A stretch of DNA of 64,000 nucleotides from an uncultured Nitrosospira sp. (GTDB lineage Bacteria > Pseudomonadota > Gammaproteobacteria > Burkholderiales > Nitrosomonadaceae), in contig CAYXQR010000106.1 in assembly GCA_964466955.1 (NCBI GenBank), forward strand, positions 3,354-67,353, given 5' to 3'. This document shows positions 30,664 through 41,082 of the stretch, one piece after another (positions within the stretch are counted from its first letter, which is position 1; every line of letters starts with the position of its first letter). The notes beneath the pieces are model-generated. The model made no database searches and was not told the origin of the DNA. It saw only the letters and a program-made list of their open reading frames with translations. A program made the position numbers and the translations under genes.

Positions 30664-31623
30664 ATGAATCCACTTCGCTTCACCCTGCTTCTGGTACTCG
30701 CTGCCTGCTGCGCGCCGATTCATGGCGCCACGGAATGGGATAGGCTGAACGACGAATTGCAGACCTTGTACCAGCAGGGCAATTATCCGCGCGCAACCGA
30801 GGTGGCAAAAATGGCGCTGCAGAAAGCGGAGCAATCACTGCACCCGAACCATCCGGATGTCGCGACAAGCCTGAACGGGCTCGCGCTGCTGCTTAGCGCT
30901 CAAGGTCAATACAAGCAAGCCGAGCCGCTTTTTAAGCGGGCGCTTGCGATTTTCCAAAGCGCTCTCGATCCGGCAAGCCCCGAAGTAGCGGCCACGCTGA
31001 ATAATCTGGCAATGCTCCACAGGAATCAGGAAGCCTATGACGAGGCCGAGTCCCTTTACAAACGCGCGCTGGAGATCGATGAAAAGACAATCGGCCCGGA
31101 ACATCCTGCCGTCGCCATCAGCCTGAACAATCTTGCGCAGCTATATCAGGCTCAGGAGCGATATGAGCAGGCTGAGCCTCTTCTGGACCGCGCGGTCGCC
31201 ATACTCGAAAAAACACTCGGGCCAACCCATCCCGATCTTGCCATCAGCCTGAACAACCTGGCGTTGCTGTACAGCGCGCAAAAGGAATATGGGCGGGCGG
31301 AGCCGCTTTACAAGCGGGTAATAGCCATCTCGAAAAATGCCCTCGGCAAGGATCATCCAAACGTAGCCTTGAGTCTGAATAATCTGGCAGGCCTATATAG
31401 GGAGCAGGAGAAGTTTCCGTACGCCGAGCCCCTGTTCAGGCGTGCGCTGGCAATCTTGGAAAAAGTATACGGACCCGAGCACCCGAATGTGGCAACGGGT
31501 CTGGAAAATCTGGCGCAGCTTTATCGTGATATCGGCTATGCGGGTAAGGCAAGAAGCCTGGATAGACGCGCATCCGCGATAAGGGAAAAGGAGAAGAAGA
31601 GGCAATGGGCTCAAGGAAATTAA
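30664..31623 (+). CDS. Exported 42-residue TPR-repeat protein, probable lipoprotein
   Basis: Hydrophobic leader with LAAC lipobox (Cys15). About six 42-aa repeats HP.VA.SLNNLA.LY..Q..Y..AEPL..RA..I. Confidence 0.85.
   Translation: MNPLRFTLLLVLAACCAPIHGATEWDRLNDELQTLYQQGNYPRATEVAKMALQKAEQSLHPNHPDVATSLNGLALLLSAQGQYKQAEPLFKRALAIFQSALDPASPEVAATLNNLAMLHRNQEAYDEAESLYKRALEIDEKTIGPEHPAVAISLNNLAQLYQAQERYEQAEPLLDRAVAILEKTLGPTHPDLAISLNNLALLYSAQKEYGRAEPLYKRVIAISKNALGKDHPNVALSLNNLAGLYREQEKFPYAEPLFRRALAILEKVYGPEHPNVATGLENLAQLYRDIGYAGKARSLDRRASAIREKEKKRQWAQGN
30850..31605 (+). repeat. 126-bp/42-aa TPR tandem repeats
   Basis: HP/SP dipeptides recur at aa 63, 105, 147, 189, 231 and 273. Confidence 0.85.
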
Positions 31624-31679
31624 TCCTGACCTCCAAAGAGCAAGAAGCGCTCCCGCAGTTGAGGTAAGACAAAGTCATC

Positions 31680-32417
31680 CTACGCTCGACATAGATTGTC
31701 GACCGCCTGCCACTGTCCGTCAATCAGACCCTGCAAAGGCCGGAATCCTGCTTTGTATGCCATTTTCCGGCTTTCCCTTATCCAGTAGCCGAGATACAAG
31801 TATGGCAAATTCAGTGCGCGACACAGTTCCACTTGCCACAGGATGTTGTAAGTGCCAAAGCTGGCGCCCGGTACGTCAGGGTCAAAAAACGTATAGACAG
31901 AAGATACTCCATCCGGTAGCTCATCGATAATGCTGACCATGCGCAACCGGCCGTTTTCATGAAATTCGAGCAACCGCGAGTTGACGTTACTTGGCAGAAG
32001 AAAATGCCGGTATTGCTCCCGGCTGTCACGGTCCATGCCCCCGCCGCTGTGGCGTTTGGCCTGGTAACGTAAATACAGCGTGTAATGGTCGGGATGATAA
32101 TACAGGTCGTGCTGGGTGGCGACCAGGTTCTGATGACGCTGCAAGGAACGTCGCTGTGAGCGCCTGAGAGTCAATTGATCCACTACGATTCGGACCGGCA
32201 TGCAGGCTTGGCAATTATCGCAGTGCGGACGATAGGTAAACGCGCCGCTACGCCGAAAACCTGCCTGAACCAGGCGCCCGTAGGTACCTGTATCGATCAG
32301 GTGGCTGGGAGTCGCCACCTGGGATCGTGCCAGTTGCTCAGGAAGATAGCTACAAGGATAGGACGCAGTCGTGTAAAACTGCAACGCGGATGAAGGAAGA
32401 TCATTCAACTTGCTCAT
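31680..32417 (-). CDS. bpt: Aspartate/glutamate leucyltransferase Bpt (ATE1-like)
   Basis: CSYLP, GFRRSG...[28 protein letters not shown]. Confidence 0.92.
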   Translation of the reverse strand: MSKLNDLPSSALQFYTTASYPCSYLPEQLARSQVATPSHLIDTGTYGRLVQAGFRRSGAFTYRPHCDNCQACMPVRIVVDQLTLRRSQRRSLQRHQNLVATQHDLYYHPDHYTLYLRYQAKRHSGGGMDRDSREQYRHFLLPSNVNSRLLEFHENGRLRMVSIIDELPDGVSSVYTFFDPDVPGASFGTYNILWQVELCRALNLPYLYLGYWIRESRKMAYKAGFRPLQGLIDGQWQAVDNLCRA

Positions 32418-33099
32418 GATCGGAACACCATTTTCTACTTGGTCCCGGGTAGTTTACCAATTCTTCCAGTTTTTGACTAAATTCCCGTCGGGGAATTTCT
32501 CGCGCGCCGAATGAGACAAGCAGTGGGGTTTTCATCTGGCAGTCGATCAGGCCGAACCCGCGGCGATCGAGCTGTTGAACGAGGTGCACAAAGGCGATTT
32601 TCGAGGCATTGGAAGCTCGCGAAAACATGGATTCTCCAAAAAATGCTTTTCCCAGTGCAATACCGTACAGACCCCCCTTCAAATCGCCATCCCGCCAGGT
32701 TTCGACCGAATGCGCCAATCCCATTTGATGCAGGAGGCTGTAGGCGGAAATTATCTCCTTGTGTATCCATGTCCCTGGACTGCCTTTGCGCGGCGCGGCG
32801 CAGGCGTGCATGACTTGATCGAAAGCAGTATCGATTCGTATCTCGTAGTCTTCCTTTTTCATAGCTTTCCCAAGCGATCGGGATATCTTGAGTTCACGGG
32901 GGAAAAGCACCGTGCGGGGATCGGGGCTCCACCATAGAATGGGCTCGCCCTTATTGAACCATGGAAAGATTCCGCGACGATAGGCTTCTATCAGTCGCTG
33001 TGGCGAGAGGTTCCCGCCTGCGGCGAGCAGCCCGTTCGGCTGGGTGAGCGCCGTGTGCAGGGAAGGAAAGGGGGATTCAGGAGCAAGCCAGGGAATCAC
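32401..33099 (-). CDS. aat: Leucyl/phenylalanyl-tRNA-protein transferase
   Basis: [49 protein letters not shown] start. Confidence 0.97.
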   Translation of the reverse strand: MIPWLAPESPFPSLHTALTQPNGLLAAGGNLSPQRLIEAYRRGIFPWFNKGEPILWWSPDPRTVLFPRELKISRSLGKAMKKEDYEIRIDTAFDQVMHACAAPRKGSPGTWIHKEIISAYSLLHQMGLAHSVETWRDGDLKGGLYGIALGKAFFGESMFSRASNASKIAFVHLVQQLDRRGFGLIDCQMKTPLLVSFGAREIPRREFSQKLEELVNYPGPSRKWCSDHEQVE

Positions 33100-33174
33100 G
33101 CGGATTGGGCATCGTGTTCATTGGTATGAAAAAGATGACGTGGCACGGGAGGCTCGGGAAAAAATGCAATGAAA

Positions 33175-33852
33175 TCACCAGGCGCGATAGCGGGTCACAT
33201 CCGGGACGCCAGCCACCTCAAACCCTGCCTTGCGCAGCCGGCAGGAATCACAAGTTCCGCAAGCATGGCCCTCGTCGTCTGCCTGGTAGCACGACACCGT
33301 GAGACTGAAATCCAGGCCCAGCCGATTACCCTGTCGTATGATATCTGCTTTCGACAGATACATGAGCGGCGCGTGAATGCGCATCCTTGCACCTTCGAGC
33401 GCGGATTTCGTGGCGAGGTTCGCCAGTGCTTCAAATGCTTCTATATATTCTGGGCGGCAGTCCGGGTAGCCAGAATAGTCCACGGCATTCACCCCAAGAA
33501 AAATATCGCGACCGCCGAGCACTTCGGCCCACGCCAGCGCAAGGGACAGCATGATAGTATTGCGCGCAGGCACATACGTGACAGGGATACCCGTCTGGAT
33601 ACCACTGGTTGGCACCCGGATTGATTCATCGGTCAGCGCGGATCCTCCGAATGCGGACAAATCAACGCTGACGATCTTGTGTTCGCGAACCCCAAGCGCG
33701 TGCGCCAGGCTTTCTGCAGCAAGCAGTTCGGCTTCATGCCGCTGGCCGTAATTCAGGCTCAGCGCGTAACACTCGTATCCTTCGTCTTTGGCAAGTGCGA
33801 GGGTGGTGGCGGAATCCAGTCCGCCAGACAGCAGCACTATGGCAATTGCCAT
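33175..33852 (-). CDS. queC: 7-cyano-7-deazaguanine synthase
   Basis: [32 protein letters not shown]. Confidence 0.97.
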   Translation of the reverse strand: MAIAIVLLSGGLDSATTLALAKDEGYECYALSLNYGQRHEAELLAAESLAHALGVREHKIVSVDLSAFGGSALTDESIRVPTSGIQTGIPVTYVPARNTIMLSLALAWAEVLGGRDIFLGVNAVDYSGYPDCRPEYIEAFEALANLATKSALEGARMRIHAPLMYLSKADIIRQGNRLGLDFSLTVSCYQADDEGHACGTCDSCRLRKAGFEVAGVPDVTRYRAW

Positions 33853-33885
33853 TAAACTGAAACAAAAAATTGGATGGTCATCTCG

Positions 33886-34578
33886 TCACCGTCCCGGACG
33901 TTCGCCCCATAGAAGCTTGTGCAATTGTACCTGCATACGCACCGGAAGACGATCGCGAAGTATCCAGTCGCTGAGCAATGCTGGATCCAGCTTCCCATAA
34001 ACCGGCGAAAATAAAATGGAACAGATGCGATCAAGCCGATGCTCCTTCATCACTTCGATCGCCCAACGATAGTCGCGCTCGTCACATAGTACAAATTTCA
34101 CTTCATCGCGCGGATTCAGGAAGGATAGGTTGGTCCACCGGTTCCTCTGCATTTCATCAGAGCCGGGTGTCTTGATGTCGAGAATTTTGGCAACGCGAGG
34201 ATCCACGCTTGCGATATCCATCGCGCCACTGGTTTCAAGCGAGACGGAATAGCCGGCCTCGCATAGCGAAGTGAGCAAAACCGTGCACTCTTTTTGGGCA
34301 AGCGGCTCGCCGCCTGTCACCGTGACATAGCGAGTCCCGTAACTCGCCACTTCGGCAAGTATGGCTGCGACTGCCATGACCTTGCCCCCTTGAAAAGCAT
34401 ATTCGGTATCGCAATATCCACAACGCAGCGGACAACCGGTGAGACGAACGAATACCGTAGGCAATCCCACCCGGCTTGTTTCGCCTTGCAGGGAAAAAAA
34501 GACCTCGGTCACGCGCAGTCTTGCTGTTTCAGATGCAGACCAGATTTGAGACACAGGAGGGGAGAGAGCCTGAATCAT
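33886..34578 (-). CDS. queE: 7-carboxy-7-deazaguanine synthase
   Basis: SLQGE, FVRLTGCPLRCGYCDT, TGGEPL, ETSG, QLHK. Confidence 0.97.
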   Translation of the reverse strand: MIQALSPPVSQIWSASETARLRVTEVFFSLQGETSRVGLPTVFVRLTGCPLRCGYCDTEYAFQGGKVMAVAAILAEVASYGTRYVTVTGGEPLAQKECTVLLTSLCEAGYSVSLETSGAMDIASVDPRVAKILDIKTPGSDEMQRNRWTNLSFLNPRDEVKFVLCDERDYRWAIEVMKEHRLDRICSILFSPVYGKLDPALLSDWILRDRLPVRMQVQLHKLLWGERPGR

Positions 34579-34615
34579 GCTTAGGATAAGAACCAGCCAG
34601 CTCTTCTCTTGTTTG

Positions 34616-35509
34616 CTACCTTACGTAATGCAGCCGTTGCCGGGCTTTCTCCGCAGCCTGGGTACCCGGATATCGGGCAGCCACATTGTCCAGAGTCTTT
34701 CTGGCTGCAGCTTTCTGATTCAACTCCTGCTGGCTGCTGGCAATGTTCAGCATGGCATCGGGAACCTTCGCGCTGTTCGGATAATTTTTGATAAGCTTTT
34801 CCTGGGCGCTGATCGCATTCTTGAAGTCTCGCAGCGCGTAATAGGAATTTCCCATCCAGTATTGCGCGCTTGGAGCAAGAGCGGACTCGGGATGACTCTG
34901 GACAAACCTGCTGAAGCTGGATGCGGCCTCCTGGTACTTGCCAGCCTTGAACATATCGAAAGCCGCCTCGTAGGCTTCTCTTCCTTCATTTGCCGGGGTG
35001 CTGACTTCAGGAGCAGGTGACATGACGGTCGCTGAAGCAACGTCATGCGCTGCCGTCGAATCGGCATTTAATTCTCCGGCGCCGCCTTCAGCGATAGCCG
35101 CTACAGGCGCAGATCCCGCTGATTCCGTAGCGCCGGATGAAGGATCCTGCGCAACAGCGCCGCCTTGCTCGATTCGCCGCAAGCGCGTATCCAGATCAAC
35201 ATAAAAGTCCTTCTGTCGCTTCTGCATCGTCTCATTCTGATTGAGCAGCACTTCGATCTGGCCTTGCAATTTGTTCAGATCCATCCTCAGCGCCTCGATC
35301 CTGCTGTGTAGTTCCAGTAAAGATTGGGTGCTAAGTGTTTCTTCAATGGTACCCAAGCGTGCCTCAAGAGCCTGCCCCTGGTTGCGCAGATCGCCGATCG
35401 AATTCTGCTGTGCAGCGATCAACTGACGCGCCTCTTTGTCATCGAACAATCCTGCGTAACTGAAATTACAGCTAATCAGCAACAATAATCCGCAAGCGCG
35501 CAAGTACAT
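34616..35509 (-). CDS. cpoB: Tol-Pal system protein YbgF/CpoB
   Basis: GLFDDKEAR N-terminus, coiled coil, C-terminal TPRs (AQYWMGN, KVPDAML); follows pal. Confidence 0.92.
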   Translation of the reverse strand: MYLRACGLLLLISCNFSYAGLFDDKEARQLIAAQQNSIGDLRNQGQALEARLGTIEETLSTQSLLELHSRIEALRMDLNKLQGQIEVLLNQNETMQKRQKDFYVDLDTRLRRIEQGGAVAQDPSSGATESAGSAPVAAIAEGGAGELNADSTAAHDVASATVMSPAPEVSTPANEGREAYEAAFDMFKAGKYQEAASSFSRFVQSHPESALAPSAQYWMGNSYYALRDFKNAISAQEKLIKNYPNSAKVPDAMLNIASSQQELNQKAAARKTLDNVAARYPGTQAAEKARQRLHYVR

Positions 35510-35521
35510 GATCGTACGTCC

Positions 35522-36058
35522 TTATTCTCCCTGATAACGAATATCCACACGGCGATTCTCCGCCCACGCAGCCTCGTCATGGCCTGCCGTCCGCGGTTTT
35601 TCCTCGCCCAGGCTGACAGCCTCGATTTGTGCTTCTCGTGCACCGGATAATGTCATTGCGTACTTCACAGCGTCGGCCCGGCGCTGACCCAGCGCAAGAT
35701 TGTATTCGCGGCTGCCGCGCTCATCGGTATTGCCCTGCAGCAACATCCTTTTGCTGGAATCGTCGCGCAAGTATTGCCCGTGAGCCACAACGAGCGGACG
35801 AAACTCATCCTTTACCACGTAGCTGTCGAAATCAAAGTAAATACTGCGCCTGGACAGAACGCTCCTGGGATCGGTGAGTGGATTCAGTATCGGGCCACCG
35901 GCATCGCCCATCCTGCTGCTCCCTTCGCCCGGTTCCATCGTTGTGGTCCCTCCGCCCATGGATCTGTCTTCCACGTCGGCGCCCGACTGCTTGGTCTGGC
36001 TGGCACAGGCAGTCAACAAGCTGATCAGAAGTATGCCCATAACTTTTTTCATTTCCAT
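35522..36058 (-). CDS. pal: Peptidoglycan-associated lipoprotein
   Basis: Lipobox LTAC, IYFDFDS, GNTDERGSREYNLALGQRRA, NRRV. Confidence 0.97.
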   Translation of the reverse strand: MEMKKVMGILLISLLTACASQTKQSGADVEDRSMGGGTTTMEPGEGSSRMGDAGGPILNPLTDPRSVLSRRSIYFDFDSYVVKDEFRPLVVAHGQYLRDDSSKRMLLQGNTDERGSREYNLALGQRRADAVKYAMTLSGAREAQIEAVSLGEEKPRTAGHDEAAWAENRRVDIRYQGE

Positions 36059-36092
36059 TTCCTTTTTCAGTTAACCAAAAATAACATACTGT

Positions 36093-37400
36093 CTACTGAG
36101 ACCTTTTCAAGGGTCCCCAGGCTGGCTCTCTTACGTCCCCGGCCTGCGTCGAAAGCTGCTGTCTTGTTTTTCCGTCGCTTGACACCGCTGACAATATACC
36201 ACGGCCTCTTATTTCAGTTGCATAAAGGATGATCCTCCCGTTAGGTGCAAAGCTGGGAGATTCATCGAACTGGGAATCGGTCAGCAATTGCACATGGCGG
36301 GTTGCCATATCCTGTATCGCAACATTGAATCTGTCGCGATTGCGATGAATGAAAACAAAACTTCTGCCATCGGGGCTGTAGCGCGGACTCACGTTGTAGC
36401 TTCCCTCGAAGGTCAGCCTTTCAGCCGTGCCGGAAGCGCTTCCCGAAACAGCCATACGATATATCTGAGGACTTCCGCCGCGGTCGGAAGTAAAAATGAT
36501 GTATCTCCCGTCGGGAGAAAAATTGGGCTCCGTATCGATTCCGGCACTCTGGCTGAGCCGCTGCAATCCGCTGCCGTCCGCGTTGATCAGGTAGATCTGT
36601 GACCCTCCCATTATGGAAAGAACCACTGCAAGCTTCCTGCCATCCGGGGACCAGGCCGGCGCGCTGTTGCTTCCGCGGAAATTGGCCACGGCCTTTCGTG
36701 TCCGGGTTGCAAGCGTCTGCACATAGACAACGGGTTTTTTGTTCTCGAAGGAAACGTATGCCAGCTTGGTCCCATCCGGTGACCAGCTGGGAGAAATGAT
36801 CGGCTCGGTGTATTCGATGACCGGCTGGGAATTGAATCCATCTGCGTCGGCTACTTGCAGCGAATACTTCTTCCCCTGCTTCACTACGTAAGCAATCCGG
36901 GTACTGAATACACCCGCGTCCCCTGTGAGTTTTTCGTAGATCAGATCAGCGATCCGATGCGCCGCTCCCCGCAGCTGGTCGGTGGAAACCGTTTCCGTAA
37001 AAACTGCCAATTCCGCCCTTCTGGCCACATCCAGCAGCCGGACGTGAAGGGAAACCCGCCCCCCACCCAGAACTGTAGTGCTTCCGATAACCAGCGCGCC
37101 TGCCCCCCGCTGGATCCAGTCGGGAAAAGAAACCTGTGCGGGCTCGTGCGGGCGAAGATGGCCCGGCTCGATCAGCCGGAAGAGCCCGCTGCGGTGTAGA
37201 TCAGCAGAAATGACCGGTGTAAGGCCTTGCGGAAGACTCTCTTCACTGGCAAAGGGTACGATGGAAATGGGAATCTGCGTGGCGCCACCACCGAAAATTT
37301 CGATATTGAGCGCCGCGTGCAGAGGGATACTGAACAGCCACAGCATCAGGGCAACGACGTGACCGGAGAACCTATGCAAACGAATCTGCATGGATAGCAT
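36093..37400 (-). CDS. tolB: Tol-Pal periplasmic protein TolB
   Basis: HRIAD.IYEKLTG..GVF.TRIAYV, PD40 repeats (WSPDG), C-terminal REPAWGP. Start uncertain (37391, 37400 or 37448). Confidence 0.95.
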   Translation of the reverse strand: MLSMQIRLHRFSGHVVALMLWLFSIPLHAALNIEIFGGGATQIPISIVPFASEESLPQGLTPVISADLHRSGLFRLIEPGHLRPHEPAQVSFPDWIQRGAGALVIGSTTVLGGGRVSLHVRLLDVARRAELAVFTETVSTDQLRGAAHRIADLIYEKLTGDAGVFSTRIAYVVKQGKKYSLQVADADGFNSQPVIEYTEPIISPSWSPDGTKLAYVSFENKKPVVYVQTLATRTRKAVANFRGSNSAPAWSPDGRKLAVVLSIMGGSQIYLINADGSGLQRLSQSAGIDTEPNFSPDGRYIIFTSDRGGSPQIYRMAVSGSASGTAERLTFEGSYNVSPRYSPDGRSFVFIHRNRDRFNVAIQDMATRHVQLLTDSQFDESPSFAPNGRIILYATEIRGRGILSAVSSDGKTRQQLSTQAGDVREPAWGPLKRSQ

Positions 37401-37444
37401 GTAAATAGCTTTCAATGTGTTCATAAAACAATGAATTATAGCAG

Positions 37445-38386
37445 TCATTCGCGATAATGCACTTTGACGTTCAAGTTGCGGAATTTCGCGAACATGGCCG
37501 GATCAGGTGGCAAAGGGAGCGGCTGCGCCAGCGTGATGCCACGTTCAACGGCGCTGTCGAATGCCGGAATCCCGCTGCTTGCGCGCAATCTGACATCAAG
37601 GATGTCTCCCCCTGGTAGCAACGTCACGTCGAATTCCACCACCGGGTTATCCATTATATCGGGAGGCATCGTGATATTTCTCCTGATCTTGGCCAGAATT
37701 TTCGCCTTGTACTCCGCGATTTCATTCGCAACACGTGCTTGCGCGGCGATCGCCTCCGCCTGACGCTTGTCTGACGCCTCCTGTTCGCGCCGAAGCTGCT
37801 CGACTTCGGCGAGAATCCGGGCCTTCTGCTCCTTTTCCCGCCGCTCTTTCTCCCGTTGTTCCTTTTCCTTCCTCTCCTTCTCTTTCTGTTCCTTTTCTTT
37901 TTGCTCCTTTTCCCGCTGCTCTCTTTCTTTTCTCTCTTTCTCTTTCTGTTCCTTTTCTTTTTGCTCCCTTTCCCGTTGCTCTTTTTCTTCCCTTTCTATT
38001 TTTTCCTGGAGTTCCTTCTCTTTGTCTATCTTCGGTTTCTTTTCGACAGGCCGCTTTTTTTCATTCTTGTCCTTCAGCGCAATGTCCGGCTTCGGCTGTG
38101 GCAATGGCTCCGCCTTACGAGGGGGCTCGGCTGGCGTGGGCTCCTCGGGTGGAGCAGGCGGCGTGGGCCGTTCTACCGGCTTGGGCTTTGGAGCCTGCGG
38201 GAGCGCAACCGGCGGAGGCAGACTGCCCCATAGATCCACCGCCATCCCCTCCGGCGGTTCTGCTTTCCAGTTGAGACCGACAACCAGAAATGCAAAAAAA
38301 AGTACGTGAACCAGTATAGCCAGCACGCCTGCGAATGTGCGTCCCGGCTCGGTATGCGCGGATTTTTTCGAGGTCGCCCGGCTCAT
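37445..38386 (-). CDS. tolA: Tol-Pal inner-membrane protein TolA
   Basis: TM helix with S/A-H motif (ILVHVLF), Pro-rich segment, E/K/R helix, TonB-like C-terminus (FDSAVERGI...PLPLP). Confidence 0.92.
   Translation of the reverse strand: MSRATSKKSAHTEPGRTFAGVLAILVHVLFFAFLVVGLNWKAEPPEGMAVDLWGSLPPPVALPQAPKPKPVERPTPPAPPEEPTPAEPPRKAEPLPQPKPDIALKDKNEKKRPVEKKPKIDKEKELQEKIEREEKEQREREQKEKEQKEKERKEREQREKEQKEKEQKEKERKEKEQREKERREKEQKARILAEVEQLRREQEASDKRQAEAIAAQARVANEIAEYKAKILAKIRRNITMPPDIMDNPVVEFDVTLLPGGDILDVRLRASSGIPAFDSAVERGITLAQPLPLPPDPAMFAKFRNLNVKVHYRE
37823..37981 (-). repeat. 15-bp pentapeptide repeats nested in a 60-bp higher-order repeat within tolA
   Basis: EQRER-EQKEK-EQKEK-ERKER / EQREK-EQKEK-EQKEK-ERKEK / EQREK-ERREK-EQK. 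37881-37920 and 37941-37980 match at 38 of 40 bases. Confidence 0.9.
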
Positions 38387-38402
38387 CGGCTGCCTGGACC
38401 AT

Positions 38403-38819
38403 TCATTTTGGCCTGGCCAGCAACCCGACTTTTTTTACCTGTTGCTGTTGAAGGAGATCCATCACATTGATGACTTCTTCATAACGGACATTCTTATCGC
38501 CAGCAATGACCACGGGTTGTTCGGCATTCACCATCTGTTTCTGTTTGATCGCATCCACCAGTTCCGTCCGGCTCACTTTTTCTTCTTTCTCCGAGACGGA
38601 ACGATCGCGTAAAGCAAGCGCGCCTTCGGCATCGATAATCACCTCCAGAGGGGCTACTGGCGGCGTCAGCGATTTCCCGATCTGGGGCAGTTCGATTTCG
38701 CCAGGATTGATGAGTGGCGCGGTGATCATGAAAATCACGAGCAGCACCAGCATGACGTCGATATAAGGCACGACGTTTATTTCGTTCATCAGGCGGCGGC
38801 GCGCGCGGCGCTCACTCAT
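38403..38819 (-). CDS. tolR: TolR
   Basis: EINVVPYIDVMLVLLVIFMITAP. Confidence 0.95.
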   Translation of the reverse strand: MSERRARRRLMNEINVVPYIDVMLVLLVIFMITAPLINPGEIELPQIGKSLTPPVAPLEVIIDAEGALALRDRSVSEKEEKVSRTELVDAIKQKQMVNAEQPVVIAGDKNVRYEEVINVMDLLQQQQVKKVGLLARPK

Positions 38820-38843
38820 GAGAACACCTCCTGGAAATGGTCG

Positions 38844-39530
38844 TCATCCACTGGCCTGCCGCTGCAATACATTGGATAATTCTTCCATGAAACTCTCGAA
38901 GCGGGTCGCCAGCCTGTCCATGTTGCTGGCGTACCGGTTATAGGCGATCACGGCCGGAATCGCGGCAAACAACCCCATCGCCGTTGCGATCAGCGCTTCC
39001 GCGATGCCCGGAGCGACGTGTGCAATAGTTGCCTGGCTGACATTGGACAAGCCACGGAAAGAATTCATGATCCCCCAAACCGTCCCGAAGAGGCCCACGT
39101 AGGGACTGACCGAACCTACGGTCGCCAGAAACGACAAATGCGACTCAAGGTTATCCATCTCGCGTTGGTAGGTTGCGCGCATTGCCCTGCGCGTGCTGTC
39201 CATCACGGAACTGATATCGGTTCCCGCCTGGCGCTTGTGCTTGATGAACTCGCGAAAGCCCGCCTCGAAGATACGCTCCATGCTGCCTGCGGTGCGCCGG
39301 GAACTGATGGCGCTCTGATAAAGGGCGTTAAGGTCCGTTCCCTTCCAGAAGACGTTTTCGAAATCGTCGCTCTGCCTCTCCGCCCGCCGGATGACGAAGA
39401 GCTTGCGGAATATGTACCACCATGACAGGAGAGAGGTCACCAGCAGCAGCAGCATGACCAGTTGTACGGGCAGGCTCGCACTGCTGACGAGATGGAAAAA
39501 GGACATATCCTGCGTGAGGGCTGGTGTCAT
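38844..39530 (-). CDS. tolQ: TolQ
   Basis: LATVGSVSPYVGLFGTVWGIM and PGIAEALIATAMGLFAAIPA. ATG 39530 overlaps the ybgC stop. Confidence 0.95.
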   Translation of the reverse strand: MTPALTQDMSFFHLVSSASLPVQLVMLLLLVTSLLSWWYIFRKLFVIRRAERQSDDFENVFWKGTDLNALYQSAISSRRTAGSMERIFEAGFREFIKHKRQAGTDISSVMDSTRRAMRATYQREMDNLESHLSFLATVGSVSPYVGLFGTVWGIMNSFRGLSNVSQATIAHVAPGIAEALIATAMGLFAAIPAVIAYNRYASNMDRLATRFESFMEELSNVLQRQASG

Positions 39531-39958
39531 TGCTGTTCCTCGAGCTTCTGACGCAGGAATACGGGTACGCTCACCGGCTTGAGGCTGTCGGAACCCACGC
39601 ACACAGCCTGGACGGTGGCATTAGCCAGCGTTGCTGTTCCCCGCAGCACCTGCTGTGAGATCGTAATGCGGCTGCGGCCCAATTCCACCGCTCGTGCAGT
39701 GATATGAAGCACGTCATCCAGCAGCGCCGGCTTTAAGTACTCGATGCTAAGTGAACGAATCATGAAAACCACCTTGTGAATCTTAACCAATGAATGAATA
39801 TCGAATCCCAGTTCCCGCAACCACTCGTAGCGCGCACGCTCCATGAAATCCAGATAGGTGGAATGATAAACCACCCCGCCCGCATCGGTATCCTGATAAT
39901 AGACCCGGACCGGAAGGGAAAACCGTACCTTATCCGAACTAACGGACGAACTGTCCAT
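39527..39958 (-). CDS. ybgC: Tol-Pal-associated acyl-CoA thioesterase
   Basis: RVYYQDTDAGGVVYHSTYL.FMERAR hotdog motif. Start uncertain (39958 or 40003). Confidence 0.92.
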   Translation of the reverse strand: MDSSSVSSDKVRFSLPVRVYYQDTDAGGVVYHSTYLDFMERARYEWLRELGFDIHSLVKIHKVVFMIRSLSIEYLKPALLDDVLHITARAVELGRSRITISQQVLRGTATLANATVQAVCVGSDSLKPVSVPVFLRQKLEEQQ

Positions 39959-40020
39959 TACTGTTGCATGCATAACGAAACAGGCGATGGAAGCATCGTG
40001 CATTTAAAACTCCATTCCCT

Positions 40021-41082
40021 CTACCGTTCCTGAAATGAGTCATCTCCCCACAGCTCTCCGCTCAATCCGTTTTTTGGCAGCGCCAGGCCAAAATGCTGAT
40101 ACGCAATAATGGTCGCCATGCGGCCGCGCGGCGTACGTTTCATGTATCCCTGCTGAATCAGATACGGTTCCAGAACATCCTCGATTGTGCCCCGCTCTTC
40201 GCTGATAGCCGCGGCAAGATTATCCACTCCTACCGGACCGCCGCCGAATTTCTCCATTACCGTGAGCAGCAGTTTTCTGTCCATGATATCCAGTCCGATA
40301 ACGTCCACATCCAGCATGGCCAGTGCGGCGTCAGCCACCTGCCGGGTAATGCGTCCATCCGCCCTGACCTCGGCGAAGTCCCGTACGCGCCTCAGCAGCC
40401 GATTGACAATGCGCGGCGTACCGCGCGAACGCTGCGCGATCTCGGTGGCGCCGTCAGTGGAGATTTCCGCATTCAGCAACGCGGCAGAGCGGGTAACGAT
40501 GCGGGTCAACTCTTCCACCGTATAAAACTCCAGGCGCGAGATAATGCCAAAACGGTCCCGCAGGGGGTTGGTGAGCATGCCTGCCCGAGTGGTAGCACCT
40601 ACCAGCGTGAAGGGAGGCAGATCAAGTTTGACTGATCGCGCCGCCGGTCCTTCGCCGATCATGATATCGAGCTGGTAATCCTCCAGCGCCGGATACAGGA
40701 TCTCTTCCACGACTGGCGACAGGCGATGAATTTCATCTATGAACAGCACATCGTTGGGCTCGAGATTGGTAAGGAGCGCAGCCAGGTCGCCGGGACGCTC
40801 CAATACCGGTCCCGAAGTCTGGCGTAGGCTCACGCCCATCTCCCTGGCGATGATGTGGGCTAGCGTCGTCTTGCCCAGGCCGGGCGGACCGAACAGCAGT
40901 ACGTGATCAAGCGCTTCCCGTCGGCGACGCGCAGCCTCGATGAATATCTGCAGTTGTCCGCGAATTTTCTCCTGGCCGACATAATCCGTCAGTTGCTTGG
41001 GACGCAGCGCGCGCTCCAGTTCTTCCTCCCGGGATGAGGCCGGGATGGAGGTCATGAGACGGTCGGTTTCAATCATGGGCAA
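40021..41082 (-). CDS. ruvB: Holliday junction branch migration helicase RuvB
   Basis: [43 protein letters not shown]. Confidence 0.98.
   Translation of the reverse strand: MPMIETDRLMTSIPASSREEELERALRPKQLTDYVGQEKIRGQLQIFIEAARRRREALDHVLLFGPPGLGKTTLAHIIAREMGVSLRQTSGPVLERPGDLAALLTNLEPNDVLFIDEIHRLSPVVEEILYPALEDYQLDIMIGEGPAARSVKLDLPPFTLVGATTRAGMLTNPLRDRFGIISRLEFYTVEELTRIVTRSAALLNAEISTDGATEIAQRSRGTPRIVNRLLRRVRDFAEVRADGRITRQVADAALAMLDVDVIGLDIMDRKLLLTVMEKFGGGPVGVDNLAAAISEERGTIEDVLEPYLIQQGYMKRTPRGRMATIIAYQHFGLALPKNGLSGELWGDDSFQER

Noticed and set aside
37823-37990. CRISPR-like or non-coding repeat array
   Set aside because: The repeats are in-frame coding units of tolA without unique spacers. No CRISPR array or cas gene was seen anywhere in the window.
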